44,740 nucleotides of DNA from Thermoproteota archaeon (GTDB lineage: Archaea > Korarchaeota > Korarchaeia > Korarchaeales > Korarchaeaceae), in assembly GCA_027491735.1 (NCBI GenBank), contig JAOZGP010000035.1, forward strand, positions 1 to 44,740, in the 5' to 3' direction. The notes beneath the pieces were generated by a model, which was given only the letters and a program-made list of their open reading frames with translations, ran no database searches and was not told where the DNA came from. The translations under genes were made by a program, and so were the position numbers. The first letter of the stretch is position 1; every line of letters begins with the position of its first letter. Positions 27,663 to 37,577 of the stretch are shown one piece after another.

Positions 27663-28955
27663 TCTTTCGAGGAGATCCAGTGAGGCCTTGACAGCATCTT
27701 TCATTATCTGACCCTCGTCCAGAGTAGTCAGCTCGCCGTTCTCTATCACGAGCTTCCCATTAACTATCACGTGAGCTACATCTGAGGATCTGGCGGAGTA
27801 GACCAGGTGAGACTCTGGTGAGTGGAGTGGGATCCACCAGGGCTTTTTAATATCCAGGATCACCACATCAGCCATTGATCCAGGTTCTATCGCCCCCAGT
27901 TTGATTCCTAAGAACTCGGCCGGGGTCCTCGTGACCATGTCAAGCACCTGACGGACGTTGACCACAGTGGGATCTCTCATGTACCCCTTGTGGATGAGAG
28001 CAGCAAACTTCATGGTCTCGAACATATCCAGCACGTTGTTGCTGGCAGCTCCGTCGGTTCCCAAACCGACACGGATGCCGTTCTTTAGGTAGTCTGGTAT
28101 TGGAGAGAAGCCGGCAGCTGTTTTCATGTTGCTGACTGGATTATGAGAAACCAAAATCCCTCTTTTTCTCAATATCTCCAGCTCCTCGCTCGACGGCCAG
28201 ACCACATGTGCCGCTACAGTTCTGGCATCAAATAAGCCCAAGTCGTCTGCATGTTTTATGGAGGGCTTTCCATACTTCTTCCTCATCTGCTCAACTTCAC
28301 TGTAATCTTCGGCCAGATGGATTTGAAGAGGAACGTTCTCATCGACAGCTATCTCCTTTGCCCTTATGAGGTTTTCTGGAGTCACTGAGTAAGGTGCATG
28401 CGGTCCTATCGAGGGAGTTACCAGCGGATCTCTTCCTTTCCATTCTTTTATAAAATTCTCGGCGATGGAAAGAGCTTCTTCAGCGCTCCTGGTCTCAGGA
28501 GTTGGAAACTCGAGAACTGAGGAGGCCAAAACAGCCCTTATACCTATCTTAGATGCTGCCTCTGCTATAGTCCCCTCGAAGAAGTACATGTCGAAGATCG
28601 TTGTTGTGCCCATCTTGAGGGACTCCAACATGCCAAGAAGAGCACCTGCTCTTATGTGATAGGGATTTAATTTCCTCTCCATCGGCCATATCTTCTTCTC
28701 AAGCCATTCCATCAGTCCCATGTCATCTGCCACGCCTCTGAACAGGTTCATTGGTATATGGGTATGGGTGTTTATCAGCCCAGGCATAACCAGCTTGCCC
28801 TTGGCCTCCAGAACCACATCAGCGGTCGCTGAGATATCCCTGGCTATCGATGAGATCCTGTGGTCTTCTATCAGAATATCGAAATCCCTTAAGATCCTCC
28901 TCTCTCGGTCTTGTGTGACCACCACGGAGGCACCTTTTATTAGAATAGACTCCAC
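27627..28955 (-). CDS. Amidohydrolase, MTA/SAH deaminase (MtaD)-like
   Basis: NTHTH, GPHAPY, IHLAE, AAHVVW, HNPVSNMK, GTDGAASNN. Confidence 0.88.
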   Translation of the reverse strand: MESILIKGASVVVTQDRERRILRDFDILIEDHRISSIARDISATADVVLEAKGKLVMPGLINTHTHIPMNLFRGVADDMGLMEWLEKKIWPMERKLNPYHIRAGALLGMLESLKMGTTTIFDMYFFEGTIAEAASKIGIRAVLASSVLEFPTPETRSAEEALSIAENFIKEWKGRDPLVTPSIGPHAPYSVTPENLIRAKEIAVDENVPLQIHLAEDYSEVEQMRKKYGKPSIKHADDLGLFDARTVAAHVVWPSSEELEILRKRGILVSHNPVSNMKTAAGFSPIPDYLKNGIRVGLGTDGAASNNVLDMFETMKFAALIHKGYMRDPTVVNVRQVLDMVTRTPAEFLGIKLGAIEPGSMADVVILDIKKPWWIPLHSPESHLVYSARSSDVAHVIVNGKLVIENGELTTLDEGQIMKDAVKASLDLLERSGVKSFLSNKL

Positions 28956-29022
28956 ACCTCACCCCCGAGGAAGAGGAGGATCAAAATTAATAAGAACGAT
29001 TCCCCTAAACGGAGGAAAGATC

Positions 29023-30726
29023 ATGAGACGGGTTTTCATATCAACATTTCTGGTCATTGCGCTCTTCACTCTGGAGGCCTCCCTCCTAAGCTTCCCTGTA
29101 GGATGTGAGAGTGTCGGCACCTATGTTTACACGTACGTCGTTCACAAAAGTGGATGGATTGATATAAAGACAGAGTTCAGAGCAAATGGAAGAGGAACTT
29201 CCTGGGTGTTGGTGCCGAAGTATGACAGATACTGTTTAAGGATTAAGAGCGGGAAGGTTCTGTGGAAGAAGATCGATGTCGCTAAGACGAGGACTGGAGA
29301 GACTTTCTACTTCTATGATAACCTTTCATTTGAATATGAGGGTGGCTTGGATTTAGTCATAAACTGGAGCTATAGGTTCGGCGCCCTGATAGTGGAACCA
29401 AACGGTGCTTTCTACACGACTCAAGTTGGGTTCGATGGAAAGGATCGGGCTGTGGTCCAGATAGTGTTCCCTAAGGATTTTGAGATTAAGTCCGTCGAGC
29501 CAGGTCGCTACCTCAGGAAGGACAACTCAACAGGAACATACATATTCTTTGAGAACCTAACGGGTAGCAATAATTTCTTTCGATCTTTGGTGTCTTTTCA
29601 CGTCAGGAATCAGGGAACTTTTCTCCAAAGGAATGTTAAGGGATTGACCATCATATATCCGAAGAGGTACGAGGATGTCGTTGACAACCTCTCCTCCGTT
29701 TACCTGAGAGGCATAGGCCATCTGATGAATATAACAGGATTTAAGAGGCCTATTAATGTTACAGTGAAGTTCTTTGTGCCTGAATCTGTCAAGGAGCTGG
29801 AGGCCTTTGGATACACAAACCTCAAAGGCTCATCAGACGTCTTGGAGAGGGGAGTAGTATACCTGAACATGATAATTGTTAGAACTCCCACCTACGAGAT
29901 GCCGGAGGTCTTGTTCCACGAGCTCGCTCATCAGTACATGTGGCACAGTGGTCTGATGCCCCACTTGAGATGGGCCCACGAAGGACTCGCGGACTACATC
30001 TCCATATACATATGTCATAAACTTGGTTTCAAGGAGGCAGGACTCTATGAATATCGGTCGGTGTCACTGTTGGTCAATAAAACTGGTGGAAAGGTTGGTT
30101 TTGTGCAGAAATGGAGTTCTGGAGGGTTGCCGCCTAATGCGGATCTTTACTATGCTGCCTCGTTATATGTAATAAGTGAATTAGCGAAAAAGCATGGGGG
30201 AATGATGCTGTACAAAAAGCTCTTCGAGATCGCTAGGAGGAGGAACATCTCCATAAGCAACTTCTCTGAGTTTCTCAGCCTCCTGAACAAAGCCGCAGGG
30301 ACCGACCTATCTAAGGACTTCAGAGAAATGGGGTTCGAAGTACCAAAACTTCGCGAGGAGGAGCCCCTAGAGCTCAGATATATGCTTTGCGTCTCTGAGC
30401 TTCTAGGGATGTTCAATCCGTTCAATCCACATGCGAGGAGCTATCTCTCTGAAGCCAAAAATCTGTTTGAAGTTGGTGATACGACTCGTGGAAGGATTTT
30501 TCTCTACAAAGGTGCAATAATAATCGCCTTGGGCTTCATGATCGAGTTCAGCTTGATAGCCCTGACGGCATCTCTTGTCATATTTCTCCGAGAGAGGAAA
30601 GGCCCCCGGAAAAAAGGAGGGATTGTTGGAATAAGAGATCTCCAATATAACGCCATCTCACACGATACGATCAAGTTTCTCCAGCTCCAAGAGCTGATTC
30701 CATTTCTTGACTACTTCCTTTTCTAA
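29023..30726 (+). CDS. Secreted, membrane-anchored gluzincin metallopeptidase
   Basis: Signal peptide from ATG 29023; HELAH...EGLADY; C-terminal TM followed by basic residues. Confidence 0.8.
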   Translation: MRRVFISTFLVIALFTLEASLLSFPVGCESVGTYVYTYVVHKSGWIDIKTEFRANGRGTSWVLVPKYDRYCLRIKSGKVLWKKIDVAKTRTGETFYFYDNLSFEYEGGLDLVINWSYRFGALIVEPNGAFYTTQVGFDGKDRAVVQIVFPKDFEIKSVEPGRYLRKDNSTGTYIFFENLTGSNNFFRSLVSFHVRNQGTFLQRNVKGLTIIYPKRYEDVVDNLSSVYLRGIGHLMNITGFKRPINVTVKFFVPESVKELEAFGYTNLKGSSDVLERGVVYLNMIIVRTPTYEMPEVLFHELAHQYMWHSGLMPHLRWAHEGLADYISIYICHKLGFKEAGLYEYRSVSLLVNKTGGKVGFVQKWSSGGLPPNADLYYAASLYVISELAKKHGGMMLYKKLFEIARRRNISISNFSEFLSLLNKAAGTDLSKDFREMGFEVPKLREEEPLELRYMLCVSELLGMFNPFNPHARSYLSEAKNLFEVGDTTRGRIFLYKGAIIIALGFMIEFSLIALTASLVIFLRERKGPRKKGGIVGIRDLQYNAISHDTIKFLQLQELIPFLDYFLF

Positions 30727-31551
30727 TTCCTCAACGTCAGCCTCGGAAAGTGTTCTTCTGAACCTACTTTGGGCCAGCAGATAATTCTTTAGCGGTTTTC
30801 TCTCCCTGGGTTTCACAGTAACCCTGAGCTTGCCGTGCTCTATCTCGTAAAGAGGGAAGAAGCAGGTGTCCACTGCTAGTTTACCCATCTCCGCAGTTTT
30901 GTTGGAGCTCATACCCCACCCCGGTGGACAAGGCGATAGTATGTGTATATACCTGAACCCCTCCATGCGTGAGGCCTTCTCAAACTTTCTCACGAGATCC
31001 ATGGGATATCCTACTGAGGCGGTAGCTACATAAGGAACTCTATGCATGGCCACTATTAAAGGAACCTCCTTTTTGGGCTGCACCTTGCCCCCTAACGTCG
31101 TTTTTGTCCAGGCTTTCTGAGGAGTGGATCCAGACCTCTGTATGCCAGTGTTCATATAGGCTTCATTATCGTAGCAGACATATATCATGTCTTCATTTCT
31201 TTCCGCTGCTCCTGACAGAGCCTGTAGTCCTATATCGACCGTTCCGCCATCCCCAGCCCACACGACCACATTCGCTTTTCTTCCTGTTATCTTGTGTGCA
31301 CGAGTTATACCGCTAGCACATGCGGCCGCTGCTGCGAAGGCGATGTTTATTAGGGGAGCATTGATACAGGTTTTGGGATATGGGCCCTGAATCACGCTGA
31401 AGCAACATGCCGGAACCACATATACTGTATTTCTACCAAGAACTTTGGAAGCTAGCTTGAAGGCCAGCGATGCACCACAGCCCGGGCAAGAAGCTGATCC
31501 AGGCAAGTAAGTTCTTTCCCTACTCATCAAGTCCTTTATCGTAAGCACCAT
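30658..31551 (-). CDS. porB: Pyruvate/2-oxoacid:ferredoxin oxidoreductase beta
   Basis: CPGCG, GDGGTVDIG, DNEAYMNTGIQRS, SPCPPGW. Confidence 0.93.
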   Translation of the reverse strand: MVLTIKDLMSRERTYLPGSASCPGCGASLAFKLASKVLGRNTVYVVPACCFSVIQGPYPKTCINAPLINIAFAAAAACASGITRAHKITGRKANVVVWAGDGGTVDIGLQALSGAAERNEDMIYVCYDNEAYMNTGIQRSGSTPQKAWTKTTLGGKVQPKKEVPLIVAMHRVPYVATASVGYPMDLVRKFEKASRMEGFRYIHILSPCPPGWGMSSNKTAEMGKLAVDTCFFPLYEIEHGKLRVTVKPRERKPLKNYLLAQSRFRRTLSEADVEELEKEVVKKWNQLLELEKLDRIV

Positions 31552-32757
31552 CTAGATCACCCCCTTCAATCTAAGGCTACGAATGCGATCCTTGAGTCCG
31601 TACCAGTAGCAGGGGAAAACCTCGTCTTCAGGAACCTTTATGGCAAAGTTCACCATGGAAACTATATCTTTATACGTCACATCCCTACCCCCAAGCCCCA
31701 CTATGAAGTTAACCACTTTCGGAGCTTCATCTATTCCGTACAACGCAGAACGCACCTCCATGGCCAGTGGACCTGAGTGACCAAAGGAGATACTTCTGTC
31801 CAGAACCACAACAACATCTTTGTCCTTTAGAAGCTTTATTATCTCCTCTCTCGGAAAGGGACGGAACATACGTACCTTTAAGAGCCCTGTCTTCGCTGTG
31901 TCGATACGCTTCAAGGCGTACTCAGCTTCTGAGGAAAGTGTTCCTAGGGACACTATTGCCACATCCGCGTCCTCTAAGTCAACTGCCTTAACCAACCCTC
32001 CGTGATCCCTTCCAAATCTCTCGGCAAATTCTCTGGATATTTGATTGAGTAACTCTTTTGCTTTCTCCATGGAGGTATGTATGGACCACCTCATCTCCAT
32101 GTAGTCCTCCATAGGCATGACCAGATTGCCCATATCCACAGGCAAGTCTGGATCCAGCATCCAGTGAGGTGGTCTATACGTTGGCAGGAAGGAGTCGACT
32201 TCTGCTTGGTCCGGTACGTTGACCGGCATGTATGTATGGCTCAGTATGAAGGCATCTATACACACCATGAAGGGCAGAAGAACTTCTGGATTTTCAGCCA
32301 CCTTATACATCGTTATGACGGAGTCCAGCGCTTCCTGAGCGGATGATACAAACATTTGGATCCATCCGCTGTCTCTCTGGCTCATAGCGTCTTGGTGATC
32401 GGTGTGTATATTCCAAGGAGGACCTACAGCCCTGTCTACGATCACCATCCCTATTGGAAGTCTGGATCCAGCAGCCCAGAAGACTACTTCGCCCATGTAG
32501 AGCAGACCTTGACTTGAGGTCGCTGTGAAGGTTCTCACACCAGACGCCGATGCTCCTATGGCAGCAGCCATAGCACTGTGCTCGCTCTCGACACGGATAT
32601 ACTCCGCGTCCATGATGCCTTCGTGTATGAACTCCTCGATGGTCTCCACAACTGTAGTTTGAGGAGTTATGGGATATGCGGGTATTACCGCTGCCCTAGC
32701 TAAGCGAGCCGCATGAGCTGCTGCCTGATTCGCGTTTATTAACTTCCATTCACCCAA
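31552..32757 (-). CDS. porA: Pyruvate/2-oxoacid:ferredoxin oxidoreductase alpha
   Basis: YPITPQT, VESEHSA, TATSSQGL, GLGGRD. Confidence 0.93.
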   Translation of the reverse strand: MGEWKLINANQAAAHAARLARAAVIPAYPITPQTTVVETIEEFIHEGIMDAEYIRVESEHSAMAAAIGASASGVRTFTATSSQGLLYMGEVVFWAAGSRLPIGMVIVDRAVGPPWNIHTDHQDAMSQRDSGWIQMFVSSAQEALDSVITMYKVAENPEVLLPFMVCIDAFILSHTYMPVNVPDQAEVDSFLPTYRPPHWMLDPDLPVDMGNLVMPMEDYMEMRWSIHTSMEKAKELLNQISREFAERFGRDHGGLVKAVDLEDADVAIVSLGTLSSEAEYALKRIDTAKTGLLKVRMFRPFPREEIIKLLKDKDVVVVLDRSISFGHSGPLAMEVRSALYGIDEAPKVVNFIVGLGGRDVTYKDIVSMVNFAIKVPEDEVFPCYWYGLKDRIRSLRLKGVI

Positions 32758-32760
32758 TTT

Positions 32761-33009
32761 TCATCCCCCCTCCCTGATCATACTTATTGCTCCTGCTCGA
32801 CAAACCTCCTTGCAAACCCCACACCCCTTGCAATACTCGTAATCGATTTTGGGATGATCTCCTTCCATGACGACGGTATCTTCGGGGCAGTACAGCCAGC
32901 ATTGCCAGCATTTGATACACTTAGATAGGTCAATCACGGGTTTGAACACCCTCCATATGCCAGTCTTACCCATGGCACCCGGAGAAGGGTAAGAGATTGG
33001 CAGAACCAT
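32761..33009 (-). CDS. porD: Oxidoreductase delta subunit (2x[4Fe-4S])
   Basis: TGIWRVFKP, CIKCWQCWLYCP, YCKGCGVCKEVC. Confidence 0.92.
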   Translation of the reverse strand: MVLPISYPSPGAMGKTGIWRVFKPVIDLSKCIKCWQCWLYCPEDTVVMEGDHPKIDYEYCKGCGVCKEVCRAGAISMIREGG

Positions 33010-33172
33010 TTCTACCTCTTTAGATTCGCTCAAGGTATCCCCTGGGAACAAAGAAGTTGAGGAAATTTTATTTACTTTTCATCTCCAGGTTACCGGGTAC
33101 CGGAAGTCAACAGGAGTTACGCCCTAACAGTGCTTCTGTCTCCTAAAAAGTGAGGAATATTTAAAAAGGTGC

Positions 33173-33430
33173 TCAGAATCCGCTGCTGGCGGCAGGAGCA
33201 CCTCTCTTCGGAGGAGGAGCCTGTTCCTCTTTAACGATTAGCTTCTTATTTTCAAATATTAGTTCCATGGTGCTTCCCTGCAGGGTGCCAGGCTTTACAC
33301 AAACCTCAATGGCTTCCTCCCCTCTCATCGGATAGTAGATCTTCCAGACAGAGGACTTAAGACCCGGATTCTGCTGGTCCAGGAACTCAAGAATTCTTTC
33401 GGTTAGAGGGACTCCAACTCTGGCGGACAT
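33173..33430 (-). CDS. Hypothetical protein (85 aa)
   Basis: GGTGA Shine-Dalgarno before ATG; host-like codon use. Confidence 0.7.
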   Translation of the reverse strand: MSARVGVPLTERILEFLDQQNPGLKSSVWKIYYPMRGEEAIEVCVKPGTLQGSTMELIFENKKLIVKEEQAPPPKRGAPAASSGF

Positions 33431-33615
33431 ATCTCATCACCTTCCTTCTCTTCGCTCTCTCAATGAGCTCTCTCATATCCTACAGTAAGAACTATAAAAA
33501 GCTTTCAACTAGGAGCTCGAGGAGCTCACCCTGATCAAGATCGAGGAAGAGGTTCCTTAGATGAACGGCGAAAGATTCATACCTGTGACCAAGCTATGTT
33601 GTAAAGGGCGTTTAC

Positions 33616-34479
33616 ATGGAGGAAGCTCCTATCACGTTCTTGTCCCTGAGACACAGCTACGATGAGGCCGATTATGTTGTAGTTCCTTTCCCATTCTGTA
33701 GAACCTTCTCCTGGAGGGGTGGATCCGACGAGGGCCCCCTCAGCGTAATAGAGGCCTCGAGATACCTGGAGCCCTACGACATGGAGTTGGGTTTTTGTCC
33801 AGCTGAGGCGGGTGTGTTCACAATGAACGAGATCGTAGCGCCAGTAGACTTAGTTAAAGCCGGGGAGATCTTAAGATCGACCTTGAGCAGGATACACTTG
33901 GACGAAAAGTTTCCAATACTGTTAGGAGGAGATCACATACTCTCATTATTCAGTTTTGCTGCGGCTTTCGAGGAAAGAGAATGCGATGTGTACTTATCTC
34001 TAGATGCCCACGCCGATCTTTCTGATAGCTATCAAGGTTCGAAATATAGTCATGCGTGTACGACAGCCAGAATACTGGAGACATTTCCGTCAGCCCAAAT
34101 CCTTGTGGTCGGAGTCAGATCCATGTCGAAGGAGGAAGTTTTAACAGCTGAAAGGGAGGAGAGGTTGTGCATAGTTCCTGCTACTGACCTAGAAAAATCA
34201 AGAGATTTTTTATCTGATGTTGAGGGGAGGAGGGCTCATCTGAGCATAGATGCGGATTTCTTCGATCCTTCGATAGCCCCCTGTGTACCTACTCCGGAGC
34301 CAGGAGGTGTTGGATATAGAGAGGCGATAGGCCTGTTGCGGGATATAACTGATCGCTTAGAGGTAGTTTCCATGGATCTCGTGGAGTTCCGTCCATGTCC
34401 ATTTACCAAGAGTGACTCGCTTACCATGGCCGCCCTGATCTATAAAGTGATGGGTCTCACTCAGGAACGCCGACAATAG
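33616..34479 (+). CDS. speB: Agmatinase (arginase family)
   Basis: GGDH, DAHADL, SHAC, SIDADFFDP, TPEPGG. Confidence 0.88.
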   Translation: MEEAPITFLSLRHSYDEADYVVVPFPFCRTFSWRGGSDEGPLSVIEASRYLEPYDMELGFCPAEAGVFTMNEIVAPVDLVKAGEILRSTLSRIHLDEKFPILLGGDHILSLFSFAAAFEERECDVYLSLDAHADLSDSYQGSKYSHACTTARILETFPSAQILVVGVRSMSKEEVLTAEREERLCIVPATDLEKSRDFLSDVEGRRAHLSIDADFFDPSIAPCVPTPEPGGVGYREAIGLLRDITDRLEVVSMDLVEFRPCPFTKSDSLTMAALIYKVMGLTQERRQ

Positions 34480-35006
34480 CAGGTTATGATCTTCTCACAT
34501 AGTCTCTTTACGGATAGCTCCACAAAAAACGCCAGAACTATGACCTCCATCCAGGCCTTAACTAGAATAAGTGCCACTACGGAGGGGGGTATAATCGACA
34601 GGGCCTCCTGAGGCAAGAACATCGGTGCCCAGACAGCTATTGTTAGGTAGGTGAATATGCTTTCAGGCACGTAGCCTAAGATAACAGCCATGAGGGGTCT
34701 TGTCTTCTTCATGAGAAGGCCTGAAAAATACCCAGTCATGGCTTTTCCAGGAAAAAAGAGTGCACCGAAAACCGGACCATACACCCCCTGAAGTCCAAAA
34801 CGCACATAGGGGGAGATGGCTACTATAAAACCAGTTAGCAGACCATATCTTGGACCTAGAACGGCGGCCGAAAGGAAGGTTCCATAATGAGAGAGATCCA
34901 GCGCTACTTGAGGGCTGATTATTGAGAAAGCATTCAGAGAGAATATGCCTATAACGTTTCCAAGCGCCCCCAAGATCACAGATAGAGCAAAGTCCTTCGT
35001 CTTCAT
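34461..35006 (-). CDS. ECF transporter S-component-like membrane protein
   Basis: MKTKDFA N-terminus, LDLSH, LGPRYG, about six TM helices. Confidence 0.7.
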   Translation of the reverse strand: MKTKDFALSVILGALGNVIGIFSLNAFSIISPQVALDLSHYGTFLSAAVLGPRYGLLTGFIVAISPYVRFGLQGVYGPVFGALFFPGKAMTGYFSGLLMKKTRPLMAVILGYVPESIFTYLTIAVWAPMFLPQEALSIIPPSVVALILVKAWMEVIVLAFFVELSVKRLCEKIITCYCRRS

Positions 35007-35079
35007 CGAGAGCTTGGGTGCAGACTAAAATATAAACTTGATCATATCTGATTATCTTTTCAAATTTGAAAAAATAACT

Positions 35080-36186
35080 TCACACCTCTAGGATGAGCCT
35101 TCTTTTCAGTCTGGACTTTACTGCAGAGAGGAGCTCCGCTGTACCGTACCCCGTGAGGGCACTCACCACAACAGGACTCGAGTATCCTCTGTCCACGACC
35201 TTGTTCCTCTTCTCCACTAGTTCTTTTTCATCAACGAGATCCGCCTTATTTAGAACCGGAATCAGCTTCTCACTGTTCACTCCTATATCCATAAGTATGT
35301 TTGTAACCTCCTTCAACTTCAGATCGAAGACCTTGTTCCTATCAGAGGCATCCATCACAAAAAACACCAGATCAGCATTCATTATATCTATCAAGTTTAT
35401 CTCAAAGGAGGTTATGAGTCGTGGATCCTGATCCACGACGAACCCTATGGTGTCCACCAAGTAGGTATTCTCATCCAAGAGACTGGCATACTTGCTCGAG
35501 AGCGTTGTGAAGGGAGAGGGGCTGACCGGCTTATTGAGACCGGTAAGTCTGTTGAACAAGCTTGTCTTTCCAGCATTATAATGGCCTACTAGCGCTATTA
35601 TTTTGCCTCCTAATTTCTTCTTTTTTCTTATCTCCTCAATTTTTTTGATCCTGCATTTCTCTATCTTCTCGCGCAGTATCTTTATCCTTCTCTGTATCGC
35701 ATTCACCTGCTTGTGATAGGCATACTCTCCGCCGCCCTTGAAGCCAGCTCTCATTCTTTTGTACTTTATTGACGCCTGAAGCTTCACATACGGAAACATC
35801 TTCTTCAAAGCCGCCATCTCTATCTGTAATTTGGATAGAACGTCTTGAGAGGCCTCCCGAAAGACTTTAAGGGTCACGTCATATCTGTCCAGAACCTCGA
35901 CTCTCAGCGACCTTTCGAGATTCCATCGCTGCTTGCTCGATAGCGTATTGTAAAAAACAATAGATGTTGCCTTAATTTCGGAGACCTTATTCTTCAACTC
36001 CCCTATCTTCCCCTTACCAAAGACATAATCCACTCTGGGCTTCTTTCTGACCTGGACCATTCTGCAGACTACCTTACCTCCCAACGACCTTACTAGCTCC
36101 TCCAATATTTCCAGCTTTATGAGATACTCATGGTGATCATGTACATTTGTCTTTACATAGGCTACTATGACCCTCTCACCGTGCAT
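35080..36186 (-). CDS. hflX: GTPase HflX
   Basis: GKGK, LQIEMA, GHYNAGKTSLFN, FTTL, DTIGF, NKAD, SAL. Confidence 0.92.
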   Translation of the reverse strand: MHGERVIVAYVKTNVHDHHEYLIKLEILEELVRSLGGKVVCRMVQVRKKPRVDYVFGKGKIGELKNKVSEIKATSIVFYNTLSSKQRWNLERSLRVEVLDRYDVTLKVFREASQDVLSKLQIEMAALKKMFPYVKLQASIKYKRMRAGFKGGGEYAYHKQVNAIQRRIKILREKIEKCRIKKIEEIRKKKKLGGKIIALVGHYNAGKTSLFNRLTGLNKPVSPSPFTTLSSKYASLLDENTYLVDTIGFVVDQDPRLITSFEINLIDIMNADLVFFVMDASDRNKVFDLKLKEVTNILMDIGVNSEKLIPVLNKADLVDEKELVEKRNKVVDRGYSSPVVVSALTGYGTAELLSAVKSRLKRRLILEV

Positions 36187-36255
36187 GGGATTACGACCGC
36201 TTGTTTGTAAGGCAAGCCCAAATAAAATGCTTCCACCGACTCTCAGTAAAGCTGT

Positions 36256-36537
36256 TCATCCCTTCGTGAGGGCATGTATTCTCAAGAATTTTTCATCGAG
36301 TACCACCATCTCCGTTATGTGTTTCACTGCTGGATAGGGTATGAGCACGTTACCCTCTTTATCATGTCTCAGTTTCTGAAGAAAAGCTCCAGCTGTACTC
36401 TTGGTCTTCTTGACCACTAGATAAGTTATCTTTCCACTCAGTTCGTCGATTATAAGATCGATGATCTCACCAACGACCAGCCCTTTGTCAGTAACAACGG
36501 GTATTTCAGCAAGTTTGGTAACCGAAAACCTAGCCAT
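36256..36537 (-). CDS. PRC-barrel protein (CdpB-like)
   Basis: VVTDKG..VGEIIDLIIDE.SGKI, IPYPAVKHI. Confidence 0.85.
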   Translation of the reverse strand: MARFSVTKLAEIPVVTDKGLVVGEIIDLIIDELSGKITYLVVKKTKSTAGAFLQKLRHDKEGNVLIPYPAVKHITEMVVLDEKFLRIHALTKG

Positions 36538-36569
36538 ATAATCACCTAACTCCTCTGAAGAACCTGGAG

Positions 36570-36642
36570 TGGGCCGGGTGGGACTCGAACCCACGACCTC
36601 CGCCGTGTGAGGGCGGCGTCATAGCCACTAGACCACCGGCCC
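36570..36642 (-). tRNA. tRNA-Val(CAC)
   Basis: GGGCCGG/CCGGCCC-A, anticodon arm CCGCC-CT-CAC-AC-GGCGG. Confidence 0.95.
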
Positions 36643-36704
36643 ACGAGGGGATCCGATAGTAAAGCTGAAGAATAGGTTATGTAAAAATGTTGCTCTCTCG
36701 ACGA

Positions 36705-36960
36705 CAGAATCGGTTATCCGAAGACCGTGTTAGGTTCGTGAGCCACAATTGTCCCCGGACCATGCCTCCTGCTCCACCTCGACCACGCGTCTGGCTTCAT
36801 CAGGAGTTGACAGAGCTCCCCACCCCACGTCCTAGCAAGAGGCATGGGTTGCATCGGTGCATTCAGATCTTCGCTCCCGGGCCATATCTGGGACACTTGA
36901 GCTTTCCAGCTACTTAGCCCACTTAAACTCAACCACCCATAAAATGAGTGGTTTCCTACC
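36705..36960 (-). mobile_element. Dispersed repeat copy C with decayed tnpB-like C-terminus
   Basis: Frameshifted KLKCPRYG / EDLNA / TWG..LMKP; shares GGGGAGCTCTGT..TGATGA, GTGGAG.CAGGA and TCACGAA..ACA..CGG.TA blocks with copy A. Confidence 0.55.
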
Positions 36961-37232
36961 ACTAATGCCTGTGAGGATCTTTTATAGAGGGGAGAGAGTT
37001 ATGTCGCGAGGCTTCTCCGCCAAAACTGAGAAAACCGATCGATTCAACTGGTAGAGGACTCAGATAAGGGAAGATGGGATTTGCAGGGAGGATAGCTTTA
37101 TTTATAATTCCTTGTCTGATGATTGAAGGGGTCAGTACTCAAGATCCATTTCATTACTGCCCTCAACGGGCTCGATTAGATCATCCCCCAATAAGTCATG
37201 AGTTTGTGATGGAGTTTAAAAAGGTGAGCCTG

Positions 37233-37577
37233 ATGGGAAACCTGGAGAAATTCTCCAGCAGAATAGTAGAATTACTGAGGAAGGTTCGGGCGGGTGAGAT
37301 GTCCGTATCTGAAGCGCGCTCTAGAATTGAGTCCATGATCAAGGAATGCGACGAAGAGGAAGAAAGGGCCTTTCTGTTGGGTACGTTAAATTCCATAAAT
37401 GACAGACAACAGGTCAGTCTCTTCTATAGAGCGATATCCTCTGACGAGAAGCTTCTAGGAGAATATGCTGACAGGATCTCCTCTTGGTTTGATGATCTAG
37501 GCACACCTACCCAAGAGGAAAAGCTTTTTGTAGAAATTTGGGGGAGAATTCTAAAGTGTTTGTCGGAAAGGGGATGA
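37233..37577 (+). CDS. Hypothetical protein
   Basis: AGGTGA Shine-Dalgarno before ATG 37233; helical 114-aa product. Confidence 0.65.
   Translation: MGNLEKFSSRIVELLRKVRAGEMSVSEARSRIESMIKECDEEEERAFLLGTLNSINDRQQVSLFYRAISSDEKLLGEYADRISSWFDDLGTPTQEEKLFVEIWGRILKCLSERG

Noticed and set aside
36701-36720. ACGACAGAATCGGTTATCCG resembling the RNase P RNA 3' conserved region
   Set aside because: No matching GAGGAAAGUCC-type 5' region upstream on this strand; better explained as the end of copy C
36775-36805. Hammerhead-like CUGAUGA-stem on the minus strand
   Set aside because: GAGG replaces the required GAAA, and stems I and III are not evident
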